From the human T2T-CHM13v2.0 reference genome, Homo sapiens, in the NCBI RefSeq assembly GCF_009914755.1, contig NC_060945.1: a stretch of DNA of 64,000 bases; one strand, 5' to 3'. Position 1 is the stretch's first letter. The number at the start of each line of letters is the position of its first letter. The position numbers were made by a program, and so were the translations under genes. The notes beneath the pieces were generated by a model, which had not been told where the DNA came from, made no database searches, and saw only the letters and a list, made by a program, of their open reading frames with translations. Shown here piece after piece: positions 12,976-29,792 of this stretch.

Positions 12976-13769
12976 CAACAATGAGGAAAACCTAGAAGTC
13001 TTGGGCAGTTTTGGTAGGACTGGACTATCAAGTGGTATAACCAAGATTTAGAGAGCAATTTTTCAATTCTCTTGTTGAGGTGAAGATGTCAATACCCTTC
13101 AACTGAACCATTCCACTTGTAGAAATGTGGCATAGAGAACTGCTAGGACATGCACAGTCAGACACAGGCAAGGATCTTCACTGTGACCTCACTTTCTAAT
13201 TGCAAATTCTGGAAACAACCTGAAAGTACTCAGAGTGACTAGAAAAAGTGTAGTAATGGGCATTAGCTCGGTTTCTAGGCAAAGGAGCCTCCAACACTGA
13301 GGATACCATTTCATTCCTGGGGCTGAAGGCTGTCTGATACATGGAAGAATAGCGTGGGAACAGTATGAAACATTGTCTGCCATCCAAACATTTGGAGTAG
13401 AAACATCTCTTACACTCAGGAGGAGGAGCATGAGGTTGATGGTAAGGGAACCCCCAAGACCCAGTGTAGAAGGCAAAGCTGATGAGCCAGTTCAGGACAG
13501 GATTGATGGTATAGGACAATCGTTTCTGTCCTGTGGGTCTTTCCCATCCCACCTTAGCCTTTCTGTGTTTTTTATATTGGTACAGAAAGATGAATAAATC
13601 ACAAGTGTGAATCATCATGGAGTAGCACTTAGAAGCTCCAACTTCAATCCTGTTCCTCTACTCTAAGAGACATGGTGGGGCAGCCTCGGCCAGGGTGGTC
13701 AGTCCAATTCAGCTTTCATCAGTAACTAGCAGTGCAGTTGCATGGCCTCTGTGAGTGTAAGTGAAAGTC

Positions 13770-13935
13770 TTGAGTTCAAATCCCATCAGTGCCATTTAGG
13801 AGTTGAGTTTCCTGGAACAGGACACACAATCTTAATAAGCCAGCAACTACATCTGTGAATTGGGACTAGTCATATCTCCTTCCAAGGACATTATGAGACT
13901 CAGGTGTTTGTTAAAACACCTTATAAGCTCTAACC
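13770..13935 (+). mobile_element. MIR (diverged)
   Basis: 'tgagttcaaatccca...acatctgtgaattggg'. Confidence 0.55.
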
Positions 13936-15074
13936 TCAATGGCAAGATTGACTATTCTGCTTGTGAGAGAAAACTTGGATTTCTGTGATCCAGTAATTCC
14001 ACACAGTGTAGCTTGGATGTCAGAAATAGCAACAAATCTGGAGATGATTTAATACAACCCTAGAGCTCCCATTATAAAATTTACATAGCCATTTTTTACA
14101 CATTCCCATTTTTTTGTACACATAATAAATCGTGGTGTTAGTCATTGGTCTTTTAGGACAAGCTATTAAAGCAATAGAATTCTTAATTAATTTAGTGCAG
14201 AGTTTATCAGTTCTGTGTACAAAGCTTACTCAGAGCCCACTACATCACCCAAGTGTGGGGTTGGATAAAGTCAGCTCCCATAGAATAAGCCTTATCTTGT
14301 GCCCTGCAGTTTCCAGAAGCAATTCTTCCTAAGCTGGAGATTTGTTATCTGCTAGCCCCTTGGTAATGCATTTCCTGGAATAGGTCATGAGTAGTTGAGT
14401 CAAAACCTTCTATAGAATTGGCTCAGCACTAATAGAAAAGGGTCACTATGCTGCCACGAGACTCACAAATATCTGAATGTACATGTCAAAACTAGACTTC
14501 GAGTGTTCAGAAAGAGACAGAAAATGTTATAAGTAAAAGAAGTTTTCAAAGCATTTCTGATGTTTAAAAACTATAGAGCCAGTAGCATTATATGGTGTGT
14601 AACTACAGAAAATATTTTTTCTAAATAATAATCATTCCCATATAATTATTTTTCACATTGTACCTTTTCTTAAGTTCATGTGCAAATCTAGTCATAGTAA
14701 GTTTAGAATGTACAATACATAAAAGCTTTGACACATCCTGTCATGCCATTTTAGGAAGCATAACGATGTCCCATCACTTTCTCTCTGCAAGGGAACCAGA
14801 GTGGGGGGATCTTTAATTCATTTCAAACACTTTGACAAATTCTACATGTGGAAAAACACCTATGTCTCATTTTTTACTCTGCCTCTTCCCCTCTACCATC
14901 CTTAATTCCCACAACAGAATATTCTTTGCAGAAAAAAGGGGAGCGAGGATTCTTAAGCGAAGGGTGTTCCCTATTGCTGATTTGTTCAGGAATAAATAAA
15001 AGGCAGACTATGATGCATTCATTGCTATATCTGCCCCACACCACCCTCTTCAGGCCCCATCCCACTCCCTCCAT

Positions 15075-16858
15075 GGCCCTATGCTCCTCAGATGACCTCA
15101 TCTCCCTCTTTACCCAAAACTAGGGGGTATCAAAGACAATTCCCTTGTTCACTTTCCCTCCACCTCTAAACTGATCTTAATCACCCTTCCCTCCCTACTA
15201 CTCCTCCATAAGACATATTATTTTAGTAGATAACCCCTCCATCTGGGCCCTTGATTTTAACCCTCCCATCTCTTTTGGACCTTTTCCCAGCAATTACTGC
15301 CTTTTATCCTGTATCTCTATTCTATGTCTAATGGCTCTACTGGTTCCTTGTCTTTGAATTATAAGCACCAATGGTCTTGTCCATATTACATGTGTATTTT
15401 AGATGTCTTATATGTGTGTGTTTCTGCATGTGTTTGTCTATATTCAAACCCTAAAATTATCTTTTTTCTTCTTGTTGTTGCTTCCATATTTTCCAAACAA
15501 GCGAAAATTCCTTCTTGCCTTCCTTAGCATCCTATTGAAGAAACTCTCTAAAAGGCCACCTGTAGCATGAACCCTACCAAATCTCCAGGCCTATTTTCAA
15601 TCATCATTTGCCTGGAACTCTCTGAGACATTTTCTCCCCAGCAATGCAAAGCCGTCGTCTTCCCACCACTCATTAGCTCCTGCTCTTGAAAGCATCTTTC
15701 CTAAGCTCAGAATCATCCAGCCTGTCCTCCTTTCCCTTTGACCACTGCTCCTGATTTTCTTTTGCTTGTTTCTCTTATTTCCATTTTCAAAGTGTTCAAA
15801 GACCCTGCCCACCCTCTTCTTTTCTCTCTTCTCCCTCCCCCACAAGTGATATACAAGTTTTTGGTTTCAGCTGTTGCTGCCCTGTGGATAATGCTGAGGC
15901 TTATTTCTGAAGCCTTGATCACTTCAATGGAGGGCAGGGCACATTTTCAGCTGTCGTCTCCAGTGTTCACTAGCACTTCAGAGGCTTCCTTCCTTTCAAA
16001 CTTGATTCTCTCCTTCCCTTAATCAGCTCCTCCTTCTAATGTCCATCCTACTTTTGCTAATGGCAACCTGGCTGGCCAATTAGCCTGGCCTCAAATCGTG
16101 GAGAATTTTTTAACCCCTCCCCTTTTGCTTCCTATATTCAATCAGATATCAGATCTTGATTCTACCTAAGTGGTGTGTATCCTCTTCTTGCCACATTACC
16201 TATGTCACCATCTCTAGTCTCTTCCGTTCTAATCACATTTAAAATTACTCTAAAACTAATATTTGGATGCATGAATCATGTCTCTTCACTAAAATGTTCA
16301 ATGACACCTAACTGTTTATAAGAGTAAACTTTATCTCCTCAATTTAGCAAAGACCTTTGGGACTTGACTTCTAACTGAATCTTGAAATCCTATTTCCTAT
16401 AACCCCCTTCGCTACCATGAAACTCTTATCTGTGGCCACCCTGTGTTCCCCTGTAACCATGACTTATCTATAGTCCTTCTGCTAGAAATGTTCACTCTCC
16501 ATCTCCACATGTGGAGATTTAAAGGATCTGTGGTGCCTTTAAAGGTAAGGTTGAATAATTTCTTTTTCTGCAAAGCGTTTCCTAATCCTTTCAGCTGATG
16601 GTAATCTTCCCATCCTTTGCAGCCCAAATTATTTTCCTGCTGTCAATATTACATAATTTGGCCCAACTGCATCCAGTAGGGGGAAGAAAATAGATGCATA
16701 GATGCATACTACAATACCATGAATGTGTCTATTTTCTCCTCCGTACTTGATTAGAAGGTCCTGGAAACAGAGATCATGCTTGCTTCTCCTCTGTGCACCT
16801 CTTTACAGTGCCCTAGCACAGTACCTTGCACTTAGTAGATGCTCAATAAATGTTGATG
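15075..16858 (+). mobile_element. L2 relic including its 3' tail
   Basis: CT-rich L2 body ending 'cctagcacagtaccttgcacttagtagatgctcaataaatgttg'. Confidence 0.75.
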
Positions 16859-16879
16859 TATGATATGCCATGGCAGCTA

Positions 16880-17070
16880 AGAGCCAGGTTTCAGAGTTGA
16901 AACCAGAGTCACGGGATTATGATCAAATGAACTCAAGCTCTCTAAGCTTCATTTTACACATCTGCTAAATGCAAATGACAGCAATACTGCTTCGAAGAAT
17001 GATTATTGAATTAAAAGTGAAAATAATGCATAGAAAACCCTTAACATAGTGCCTGGCACATTTTATGTTG
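16880..17070 (+). mobile_element. MIR
   Basis: 'catctgctaaatg...aacatagtgcctggcaca'. Confidence 0.65.
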
Positions 17071-17139
17071 TACTATTAATGCTTATTGTGACAGTACAGA
17101 AATGCGGGGGTTTGTTGTTTAAGTGAGTATAAAACGTTG

Positions 17140-17640
17140 TCATTTTTCTCTGGGCAATTGGACAATGGGTATAATAGCTTTAAAAATTTGATCCTGCAAT
17201 TCCATTTCTGGGAATGCATCTTAAGGAAATAGAGGCAGTTCATTGCAAAGACTATAATGAGATAGAAATGTGTATAATGCCTAATGAAGGAAAGCAGCAC
17301 AAATTTCCAACAGGAGGACATTGGTAAACTTTGAAACATCTGTAAGAAGAGACATGAGGCAGTTACTATACTTGCTTTGGGAAAAAATGTTTACAATATA
17401 TTGTAAAGTGCAAAGTACCGGGGGTAAAATAGTTTGTAGAATAAAATTTTATTCTGGTGAAAGAAGGTGCATGTGTCAGTAGTATTTGTGTATGTGTGAA
17501 CATATGGGAATATAGGACACAAACAAAAATGTTTGACAGAGGCACTATATGGCATGAAATGATTTTTATTTCTTCCCTGTGCTTTTTTTCATTTTTAAAC
17601 TTTTCTGTTTTATACTCTGAACATGTATATTTTTGGTAGC
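17140..17640 (+). mobile_element. L1ME-like 3' end
   Basis: 'tttgatcctgcaattccatttctgggaat...aaggaaata'. Confidence 0.6.
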
Positions 17641-19577
17641 CAGAAACAAATGTTCCTATTTGTATGTCTATTTTTTTCCTTTTTCTCTTCAAGCATGCCT
17701 ACAAATAAATAATAAAACATTCTTTTTAACAACTCATCTCCCTGAGCCCTGCAAAACAGAGCACCTCCTCCTCCTCAGCTGTTAAGTGTTCCTCATCTGG
17801 ACTGAGGGTAAAACAAACTTAGAATGAATAAACCAAGGTTCATTCATGCATTCATGACAAGGAATGTCAAGGCAAAAATCATGTAAAGAAACTCATCAGA
17901 GCCCTCTGTAAACCTTAACATGTAGAAAGATAGGATGTTTTGTGTCCAGGCCAGGGTTGTGGAGGTGGTTGAAAGTGGCTCCCATTGGCGACTGGTTGTT
18001 CTGGGTGGTTCTGTCAAAAGCACAGCCCACTCCGTCATCACAGTGGCAGGAACACTGGGCTTTAGCCACACCAGAAGCATTCAACACAACAGGTATGTCC
18101 AGAAATGGAGAATTCTTGGAGCTTTTGCTAATTTCAGGAAGGCAGGGTAAAAGAGAGTGGGTAGGGAGGGCAGAAGGTTGTCCCTTTTATAAAACATTTA
18201 TTGATATTGGTTATCAAATCAAATTGATTATTGGAACCTGAGTTAAAGAATAAAAAGATCTGAAAGTAGTTAAAAGAATTACACAAGGTATAGGTACAAA
18301 TTATACTACTTTTAAAATTTGAGCTATTATAAGTCCTAAAATGATAAGTAATTTATACTGAAGCAGAGTTAAACCATCTCTACTGTGAAAATAAGTTAAC
18401 TAGCAAATGGCCTGGAAGATGATAACATTTTGTGCTCTCTTCCTGCCAATGAACAATAGACATAAATGCTTCTCTTCTTTCAAGATCTCTTCTGAAAAGA
18501 AAGCCTAATTCAAAGCAACAAGTTGAATAAAGCTTCTATGAAAATGCAAGCAAAACTCTTAGACTAAATGCAATTCAGGGACCGCCACAGTAATGGATAG
18601 TCAGTGCATCCCGCATCCTGTCTCCAGTGATAGTTAATGCATGCAGACTATGAGGGGGAAAAACCTAAACCATATCACTTACAATAATGTAATTCTGATG
18701 TGAGAACTCATAGGCTTCCTTGACCTCAATGATGAGCATTTGTCATTTGTCAAGCATTAGATTTAATTACCCTTATTTATGTGCTTATCCAGGCTTCCTG
18801 GACATGATGGTCCCTTCTCAACACATAGCAAAAGCAGAATGACCAGTCATTGGGAAATACAACTGAAAACCCAATTTGGAGATGTATGTCTCTAGTTTGA
18901 CAACATCATCTACAGCTGATGACCTGCTGTTCCGAGGGCAGGGTAGCTCTCCCTTTCAAAATGTACCCCACTGTTTGGCTGCCTCTATGGAGGTCAGGAA
19001 AAGAAAGTCGCTGGAACACACAGTGGACAGGTGGGTTTCTATGGTTCCTAAATCTGTTATCAGAGAGCTGGGGGGAATGGAGACTCCACTGCCCAAGTGC
19101 CTCGAGGGCAAAAAGAAGCCTGGCAGGAATAAGGGACCGAGGCAGCAGGCAGGGAGCACCAACATCATATTCTATGCAAGTGTTTTCTTGTTCCTCTTGA
19201 GCATTCGAAAATGAGAAAGGGGCATGTGGGTCGAACCCCTGAAAGATCGACTTTTAAGTGCTTTTTCCCCTGGAGAACGTGCGATGGAGAGGAAGAGAAA
19301 AGTGAGCTTGTGTTGGAGGCAGGAGCTATTTGAAAAATGATTGCTTGTCTCTGGGTATCTGATGATGTTAGGGAAACAAGAAGAAAGGCTCAAGGGCAAA
19401 TGGAACACTCAACCCCAAGCGAGGCCTCCATGTGGGGCCTTCTCATCTGTCGGAGGGAGGCTTTGGGGATGCTTAATTAAAGAATCAAAGTAGGATTCTC
19501 AAATTGCTTTTCTGTATCCACTTTGTCCTGCTGGATTTTTTTTCTTATTCAACTATAAAATACACACATTTTTTGCT

Positions 19578-19760
19578 CTTTATTTATTTGTTCGTTCATT
19601 TGTTTTTTGAGACAGAGTCTTGCTTTATCGCCCAGACTGAAGGGCAGTGGCACAATCTTGGGCTCACTGCAACCTCCGCCTCCCGGGTTCAAGCAATTCT
19701 CCTGCCTCAGCCTCCCAAGTAGCTGGGATTATAGGTGCCCACCACCACGCCTGGCTAACA
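19578..19760 (-). mobile_element. 5'-truncated AluS (right monomer only)
   Basis: Right arm and T tail present; ends at the linker. Confidence 0.88.
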
Positions 19761-20749
19761 TTTTAATTACACTAAAATTAGTAGATAACATTTCTACTGC
19801 TAAGTTTCCATTATTTTCTAGTCTAATTATTTTACCTCCAAACAAAACTAAAATAACTTCTTAAATTTCAAGTGACCTTAAAAACTGTGCTCATGGTTGA
19901 TCTGGAGATTGACCTTTAATTTGGGAAAATAACCTTATTTATGTCAAGAACCTTTATTTTAAATGAACTTTACAACTCCCCACACAAGTGGACACACAGT
20001 GTAGCAACTGAATGCATGTTTGTTGAATGAGTCAGTGAACAAATGATCATGAAGGATGATGATTATTAAAGAAAAAGGTGGAAACCCAAACCATTGTCTA
20101 GACATGAAAATGATGGACAGTTTATGCAAATCATTCCTAATGCAAAATTTCCTAAGGAATTTTCATGTGGTTCTTTCAGCTTTTCCTGTAGATTAAAATC
20201 AGCTCAGTCCTGACATTTTAAATCCTTTCTATAGGAAAGGAGAACAGGAAAAGAAGAAAACCAAACATAACACATGCACAGAAGCAAAACTGCACTGTTG
20301 ATGGAGTTTAGCTGAGAGGGTAGGGTGTGTTTAGTCCTTTAATAAATTGTTATCTTGTATTGTTGATTAAGGCAGGACATGAATGCCTTGTATTTGCTGC
20401 ATTTTTGATATCCTTGATTTCCTAAGAGGACACCGCACCCTGGGAAAAAAGAGAGGCTGGCTGGAGCAGCAGGCAGCACACGCCATTAGAGGCAGCTCTC
20501 GGTAGCAGTGGCCTTTCCGGCAGCTGGCGTCATTATAGGAAGAAATGGTTTCTAATTGTGCTATTGATTTTTCTCCCTCTTTAATGGATTATTCTCCCAA
20601 CACACTCTAAGTTGAGACACTACCACATACCACAGGCATGTTGCCAGGGATGTATGTAAAACTATGCATTGCACGCACATGGAGCTTTTCCCTGTGTCTT
20701 ACTCAGCAGGTGGAAAACCCCAGGAAAAGGGATCTCGACAGCCGTGGGT

Positions 20750-20955
20750 GAGCATGTGCTTACTCCAAGTGCAGCCTGGGTGAGTGCTTCACGTATCATT
20801 TCACTTAGTCCCAAGAATACCCTAATGACGTAGGGTCTGCTCATTTTGTAGATGAACAACTGAAGCTCAGAAAGGTAAAGAAACATGACCAGGGGCACAC
20901 AGCTCGTAAGACACGGGCCAAGGATTCCATTCCACGGGAGTCCAAGTCCCTTTAT
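20750..20955 (-). mobile_element. MIR
   Basis: 'cattttgtagatgaacaactgaagctcagaaaggtaaag'. Confidence 0.8.
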
Positions 20956-20994
20956 CTTGGAAGTGGGTACCAGAGGACAGGGTCCCCACAAACA

Positions 20995-21120
20995 TGGGAC
21001 CTGACAAGGCCCTGCCCTCAGAAGAGCCTGTGCTTTGTTCGATTCTCTGCAGTCACTGTCTTGAAATGCTCAATAATTTTTGGATTAGGAGTCCCACATT
21101 TTCATTTTGTATGTGGCACC
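20995..21120 (+). mobile_element. MER91A-like element
   Basis: 'ctcagaagag...gtcttgaaatgctcaataattttt...cacattttcattttg'. Confidence 0.65.
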
Positions 21121-21467
21121 TGTTATGGCCCCAGGATTCACATGTTGAAGCCCTAACCCCCATGTGATGGGATTTGGAAATAGAGTATTTTGGAGAAAAT
21201 TAGGGTTACATAAGTCATGGAGATGGGACCCCCATGATAGGATTAGTGGCATTATAAGAAGAAGAAGATAGATTTCTCAATCCTCTGCTCATATCATGTA
21301 AGAACACAGTGGCCGTCTGCAAGCTAGAAAGAGAACCCTTAACAGAATCTGACCATGCCAGCACTCTGACCTTGGACTTCCAGCCTCCAGAACTGTAAGA
21401 AATAAATTTCTGCTGTTTAAGCCATCCAGTCTATGATATTTTTGTTATGGCAACTTGACCTAAGACT
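21121..21467 (+). mobile_element. MLT1A-type MaLR solo LTR
   Basis: 'atgttgaagccctaacccc' and 'ttggacttccagcctccagaactgtaagaaataaatttc'. Confidence 0.85.
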
Positions 21468-23691
21468 CATATCTAGATCAAGTTCACACACACCACAGGA
21501 ATCCAGCATGGTCTCACCACAATGGTGGGTAACCTTGACCCCACCCACCATCCACACTTCACCTTGACTAACACATGATAGAGGCATTTCACTGGCATGC
21601 ACTGTATATGGAGTGCAAGCTTTGAGCAAAGCAAAATCAAATCCAAGCAGAATAGATTCCTACTTTTCTGTTACACCAGCAAGAAGAAAATGCATGTAAC
21701 GAATTGTTCCTACATTACACTTGAAAAAAAAAAAGTATACAAGTGATATACCATATTAAGAAACAAATTATTTGTGGACACTACAGAGTATTTGTACCTG
21801 AATCATGTTCAATTGAAGTGAATTCCAATCCTTTGAAAATTGGGAAGCCTTATGGGAGCTATTCTACGGCTTTGTTGAGTGCAAGTAGTTTATTTGGAAG
21901 GTGCAGAAATGGGAGAATGAAACAGGGAAGGAGGAAAAGCCAGTGAATGGATGTTACTGAGCTGGACAGCAATGGAAATCCACTAAGAAATCTTTTAGAA
22001 AGTGCCTCGCATGTCCTCTGAAGGATGGGAAACAGGCATCTACCTCTGGCTCCCATTCTCCAGTGATTAAAAAGTACCTTGGAAAGTGTATCTCCTCCAC
22101 ATTTACGGGCTGCTCTGTGATGGATCTTGGCACTCCTGCCTTCATAGAAAGCCCTGAAAGAAGGAAGTCCAGGGATATTGAGGGTTGCCCTTGAGGTGGG
22201 ATTCTATCAGCCTGCCTGGGAGCTGTCCATTCCCCTCACAGCTGAAATCAAAGGGGATCAGCACTTGTGCTGCATGGCACCAAAGCATTTGCTACACCTC
22301 TGATCTGTTGACCCAACAGATTCATCTCTCAATGCAATTATTGTTAAATGTGACTACCCTTCAGTGGTTCTTTGCTGTCTCCTGCATAAAGAACAAATTC
22401 TTCAGCCCAGTTATCAAAGGCTTCAACATTCCAGATAAATTTTCATCCAAATTAGCCTAGTTCTCGTATTCACACACAAACTCTGCTCTAAGAAGCACAG
22501 TCTCATGTCCCCCTAGACACTTTCCTCACATCTTCATTCAATTCCTCTCACCTGAAAGAAACTCCTACATCTTACCTATCCTTCCAGAACTAGCTCAAAT
22601 CTTCCCAACACTGTCCCTATATACCTCTCCACTCCCTGGGAACTTAACCACACTGTGTGATGTGTATTGTCTGTTATCCCAATAAAATGTATATACCTTC
22701 TCAAGAAAATGAATTTTCTTACTCCTCCTTTATCTCCTACAATATCTATGTCATTGCATAGTTACACATTACATCACATTAAATACTGTTAAAATGTGTA
22801 TTCAGGAAACCAGAAAGATGTATGGCCCAGTAGTTGTGTTTTTCTGGTTAACTCTAATTAATTTCTCTCTATTTCAGAGAGTGAGGGTATTGGGTGCCCA
22901 AAGTGGGTTATTATAAGAATAAAAAATGATCTCATAGGTAGAGAGAGGAACCAAAAGCACAGCTGGTCCACACAACCGGGAAACTCTCAGGAAAAAAAAA
23001 GCCTCCTCATTACTCAATAGCCCTGTGGTCTTCCTTCTTCCTCTATTTCTCACTGTCTCTTGGGATTTTTCCTGTCTGCCTCTTCTGTCTCTTCAATGAA
23101 GTCAATGTAGACACCAGTCCTGCGTCTATTAGGTGCAATAGCCATCACCAATTGGAGAGACTCTCTGTCTCTGTTTAAATTTGTAAGAGAGATACTGATT
23201 GGTCACTGGCCAACAAGCTGATGGGTTGGCATTGGGTCAGGTGTCCACTTCTGCTCCAGTCGTTTATGGCAAACCTGGTGAGGTAAAGGAGCCAAGCATG
23301 GCCACCTGGGCCAACCTCCTCAGCAGGGATTATGAGAACAAGTCCTTAGAAAACAGGTCCAGGAGTCTAGCACATGCGCTAAAGCATGCCATCAGGTGTG
23401 AATCATTAAGACCTTGAATGTGAATAATGTGTGTGAACTGGGCAGAGCTCATGAAACACGTAATAAGAGACACAATTAGGATTTGCTAAATACTGGTCCT
23501 AGGAGAGCACAGTGTGTATGCAGGAGCGTTTCTATACCAGCTGTGCTCTTTCATGCCTGTCCTTCCATAACTGTGGGATGCCCTTTACACATCACCCGTC
23601 ATCAAAGACCAATTCACTCACCAAAGGCTGGAACCAACGAAGAGCTGCTCTGCTTCCCTCACAGAAATAGTAGCTCCTACAGCAACATGTC

Positions 23692-24165
23692 TTCATTCAT
23701 TTTTTATTCATTCATTTATTCATTTATTTTATTATTTCTTGAGTCCCTTATTCGTGCCAAGTCTTCTTCTAAGTTCTGAGGATACAGTTGTGAACAAAAC
23801 AAAGCCCCTGCCCACATACACTTTCCACTCTGTCTGAAGGAGACCATCAAGAAACACTTATCACATAGACACTTGGTCAGCTATGGAGAAAGTACTAAGA
23901 CAAGTAACACAGGGTAAGAAAACACTGATAGAAAATGGTATTTAGGGTGGCCAGGAAAGGCCTTTCTTAAGAAGTGATATTTGAATAGAGACTTGTGCAA
24001 AGGTGTAAAGCAGATGAAGACCTGAGAAATATGTTCTAGGCAGAGGAAACAATAAGGGCAAACCTCCTGAGGTGCCATGTTTTGCATCTTAAATGTACAG
24101 CAAGAAAGTCAGTGGTGAAGAGAAGGAATGGCTGGAAATGAAATCAGAGAAGTGGCTATGGCCCA
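23692..24165 (-). mobile_element. L2 3' end
   Basis: (ttca)n tail and 'ggatacagttgtgaacaaaac'. Confidence 0.75.
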
Positions 24166-24224
24166 GTTTATACACACATTTCCCCAATGCCATCTTCTAT
24201 TGCAGTATGGCTAATACTATAAGT

Positions 24225-24372
24225 AGGGCTGGTTTTATAGACAGGCAATCTTGGAGTTACACAGGGACCTTTGTTCACAATGGTCCCTGAGTTGACTCAA
24301 TGATGTTATGTCATCATCTTGAAATTCTAAGTTTTTGAGCAAGGGGCTCCACAAATAGGTAGCCAGCCCTGC
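24225..24372 (+). mobile_element. MER91A-like element
   Basis: agggctgg...ccagccctg termini; 'catcttgaaattct...tttgagcaagggg'. Confidence 0.6.
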
Positions 24373-24886
24373 TGATTATAATTATTTGTATAAATGTTGA
24401 ATTCTCTCTTTTTTGTTTTAGATTTTGAGTTCCTGAAAGCAGAGGATGTCTGATTTATTATAAATTTTTATTTGTAAACATTAATTTTAATCACCCTGAT
24501 AACTGAGTGCCATTCATAGCTCAAAAGCAGTGCACCAAAAGAAACATCAAATGACAATTTTTTTTTCAAATATTCAGAGCAAATACTACTTTCAAGAGGG
24601 AAGTCACCTTGTATTCCACTAAATGCAAGAGTGTTTGAAGCATGAACATGGAGTCTCCATTAATATATATATATTTTTTTAATTATACTTTAAGTTTTAG
24701 GGTACATGTGCACATTGTGCAGGTTAGTTACATATGTATACATGTGCCATGCTGGTGCACTGCACCCACTAACTCGTCATCTAGCATTAGGTATATCTCC
24801 CAATGCTATCCCTCCCCCCTCCCCCCTCCCCACCACAGTCCCCAGAGTGTGATATTCCCCTTCCTGTGTCCATGTGATCTCATTGT

Positions 24887-28739
<3,853 letters not shown>

Positions 28740-28775
28740 TTAGTTGATGCAGTTTCTTCCTAGTCTCGACGGTCT

Positions 28776-29792
28776 TTACATTTTGGCATGATTTTGCAGC
28801 GGCTGGTACCGGTTGTTCCTTTCCATGTTTAGCGCTTCCTTCAGGAGCTCTTTTAGGGCAGGCCTGGTGGTGACAAAATCGGTCAGCATTTGCTTGTCTG
28901 TAAAGTATTTTATTTCTCCTTCACTTATGAAGCTTAGTTTGGCTGGATATGAAATTCTGGGTTGAAAATTCTTTTCTTTAAGAATGTTGAATATTGGCCC
29001 CCACTCTCTTCTGGCTTGTAGGGTTTCTGCCAAGAGATCCGCTGTCAGTCTGATGGGCTTCCCTTTGAGGGTAACCCGACCTTTCTCTCTGGCTGCCCTT
29101 AACATTTTTTCCTTCATTTCAACTTTGGTGAATCTGACAATTATGTGTCTTGGAGTTGCTCCTCTCGAGGAGTATCTTTGTGGCGTTCTCTGTATTTCCT
29201 GAATCTGAACGTTGGCCTGCCTTGCTAGATTGGGGAAGTTCTCCTGGATAATATCCTGCAGAGTGTTTTCCAACTTGGTTCCATTCTCCGCATCACTTTC
29301 AGGTACACCAATCAGATGTAGATTTGGTCTTTTCACATAGTCCCATATTTCTTGGAGGCTTTGCTCATTTCTTTTTATTCTTTTTTCTCTAAACTTCCCT
29401 TCTTGCTTCATTTCATTCATTTCATCTTCCATTGCTGATACCCTTTCTTCCAGTTGATCGCATCGGCTCCTGAGGCTTCTGCATTCTTCACGTAGTTCTC
29501 GAGCCTTGGTTTTCAGCTCCATCAGCTCCTTTAAGCACTTCTCTGTATTGGTTATTCTAGTTATACATTCTTCTAAATTTTTTTCAAAGTTTTCGACTTC
29601 TTTGCCTTTGGTTTGAATGTCCTCCCGTAGCTCAGAGTAATTTGATCGTCTGAAGCCTTCTTCTCTCAGCTCGTCAAAATCATTCTCCATCCAGCTTTGT
29701 TCCGTTGCTGGTGAGGAACTGCGTTCCTTTGGAGGAGGAGAGGCGCTCTGCGTCTTAGAGTTTCCAGTTTTTCTGTTCTGTTTTTTCCCCAT
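28776..29792 (-). CDS. L1 ORF1p, 338 aa, open frame
   Basis: MGKKQNRKTG...NHAKM with REKG, ARR and YPAKLS motifs. Confidence 0.97.
   Translation of the reverse strand: MGKKQNRKTGNSKTQSASPPPKERSSSPATEQSWMENDFDELREEGFRRSNYSELREDIQTKGKEVENFEKNLEECITRITNTEKCLKELMELKTKARELREECRSLRSRCDQLEERVSAMEDEMNEMKQEGKFREKRIKRNEQSLQEIWDYVKRPNLHLIGVPESDAENGTKLENTLQDIIQENFPNLARQANVQIQEIQRTPQRYSSRGATPRHIIVRFTKVEMKEKMLRAAREKGRVTLKGKPIRLTADLLAETLQARREWGPIFNILKEKNFQPRISYPAKLSFISEGEIKYFTDKQMLTDFVTTRPALKELLKEALNMERNNRYQPLQNHAKM

Larger units (their letters stand above)
10230..13260 (+). mobile_element. Ancient fragmented L1M relic (ORF1-like then ORF2/3' pieces), interrupted by MLT1H and MIR
   Basis: A-rich ORF1-like sequence (agacaaagccgaagaaagaaatagtgaactg, ataggaattccagaagg); later 'atatgaacaaataattcacaaaagaggaa'. 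Confidence 0.7.

Noticed and set aside
20478-20497. CTCF site in cgccattagaggcagc
   Set aside because: The spacing is one base short of the CCASYAGRKGGC core.
22860-23330. Possible old MLT1/LTR16-type LTR on the minus strand
   Set aside because: Only short motif resemblance; I could not support a family or boundaries.
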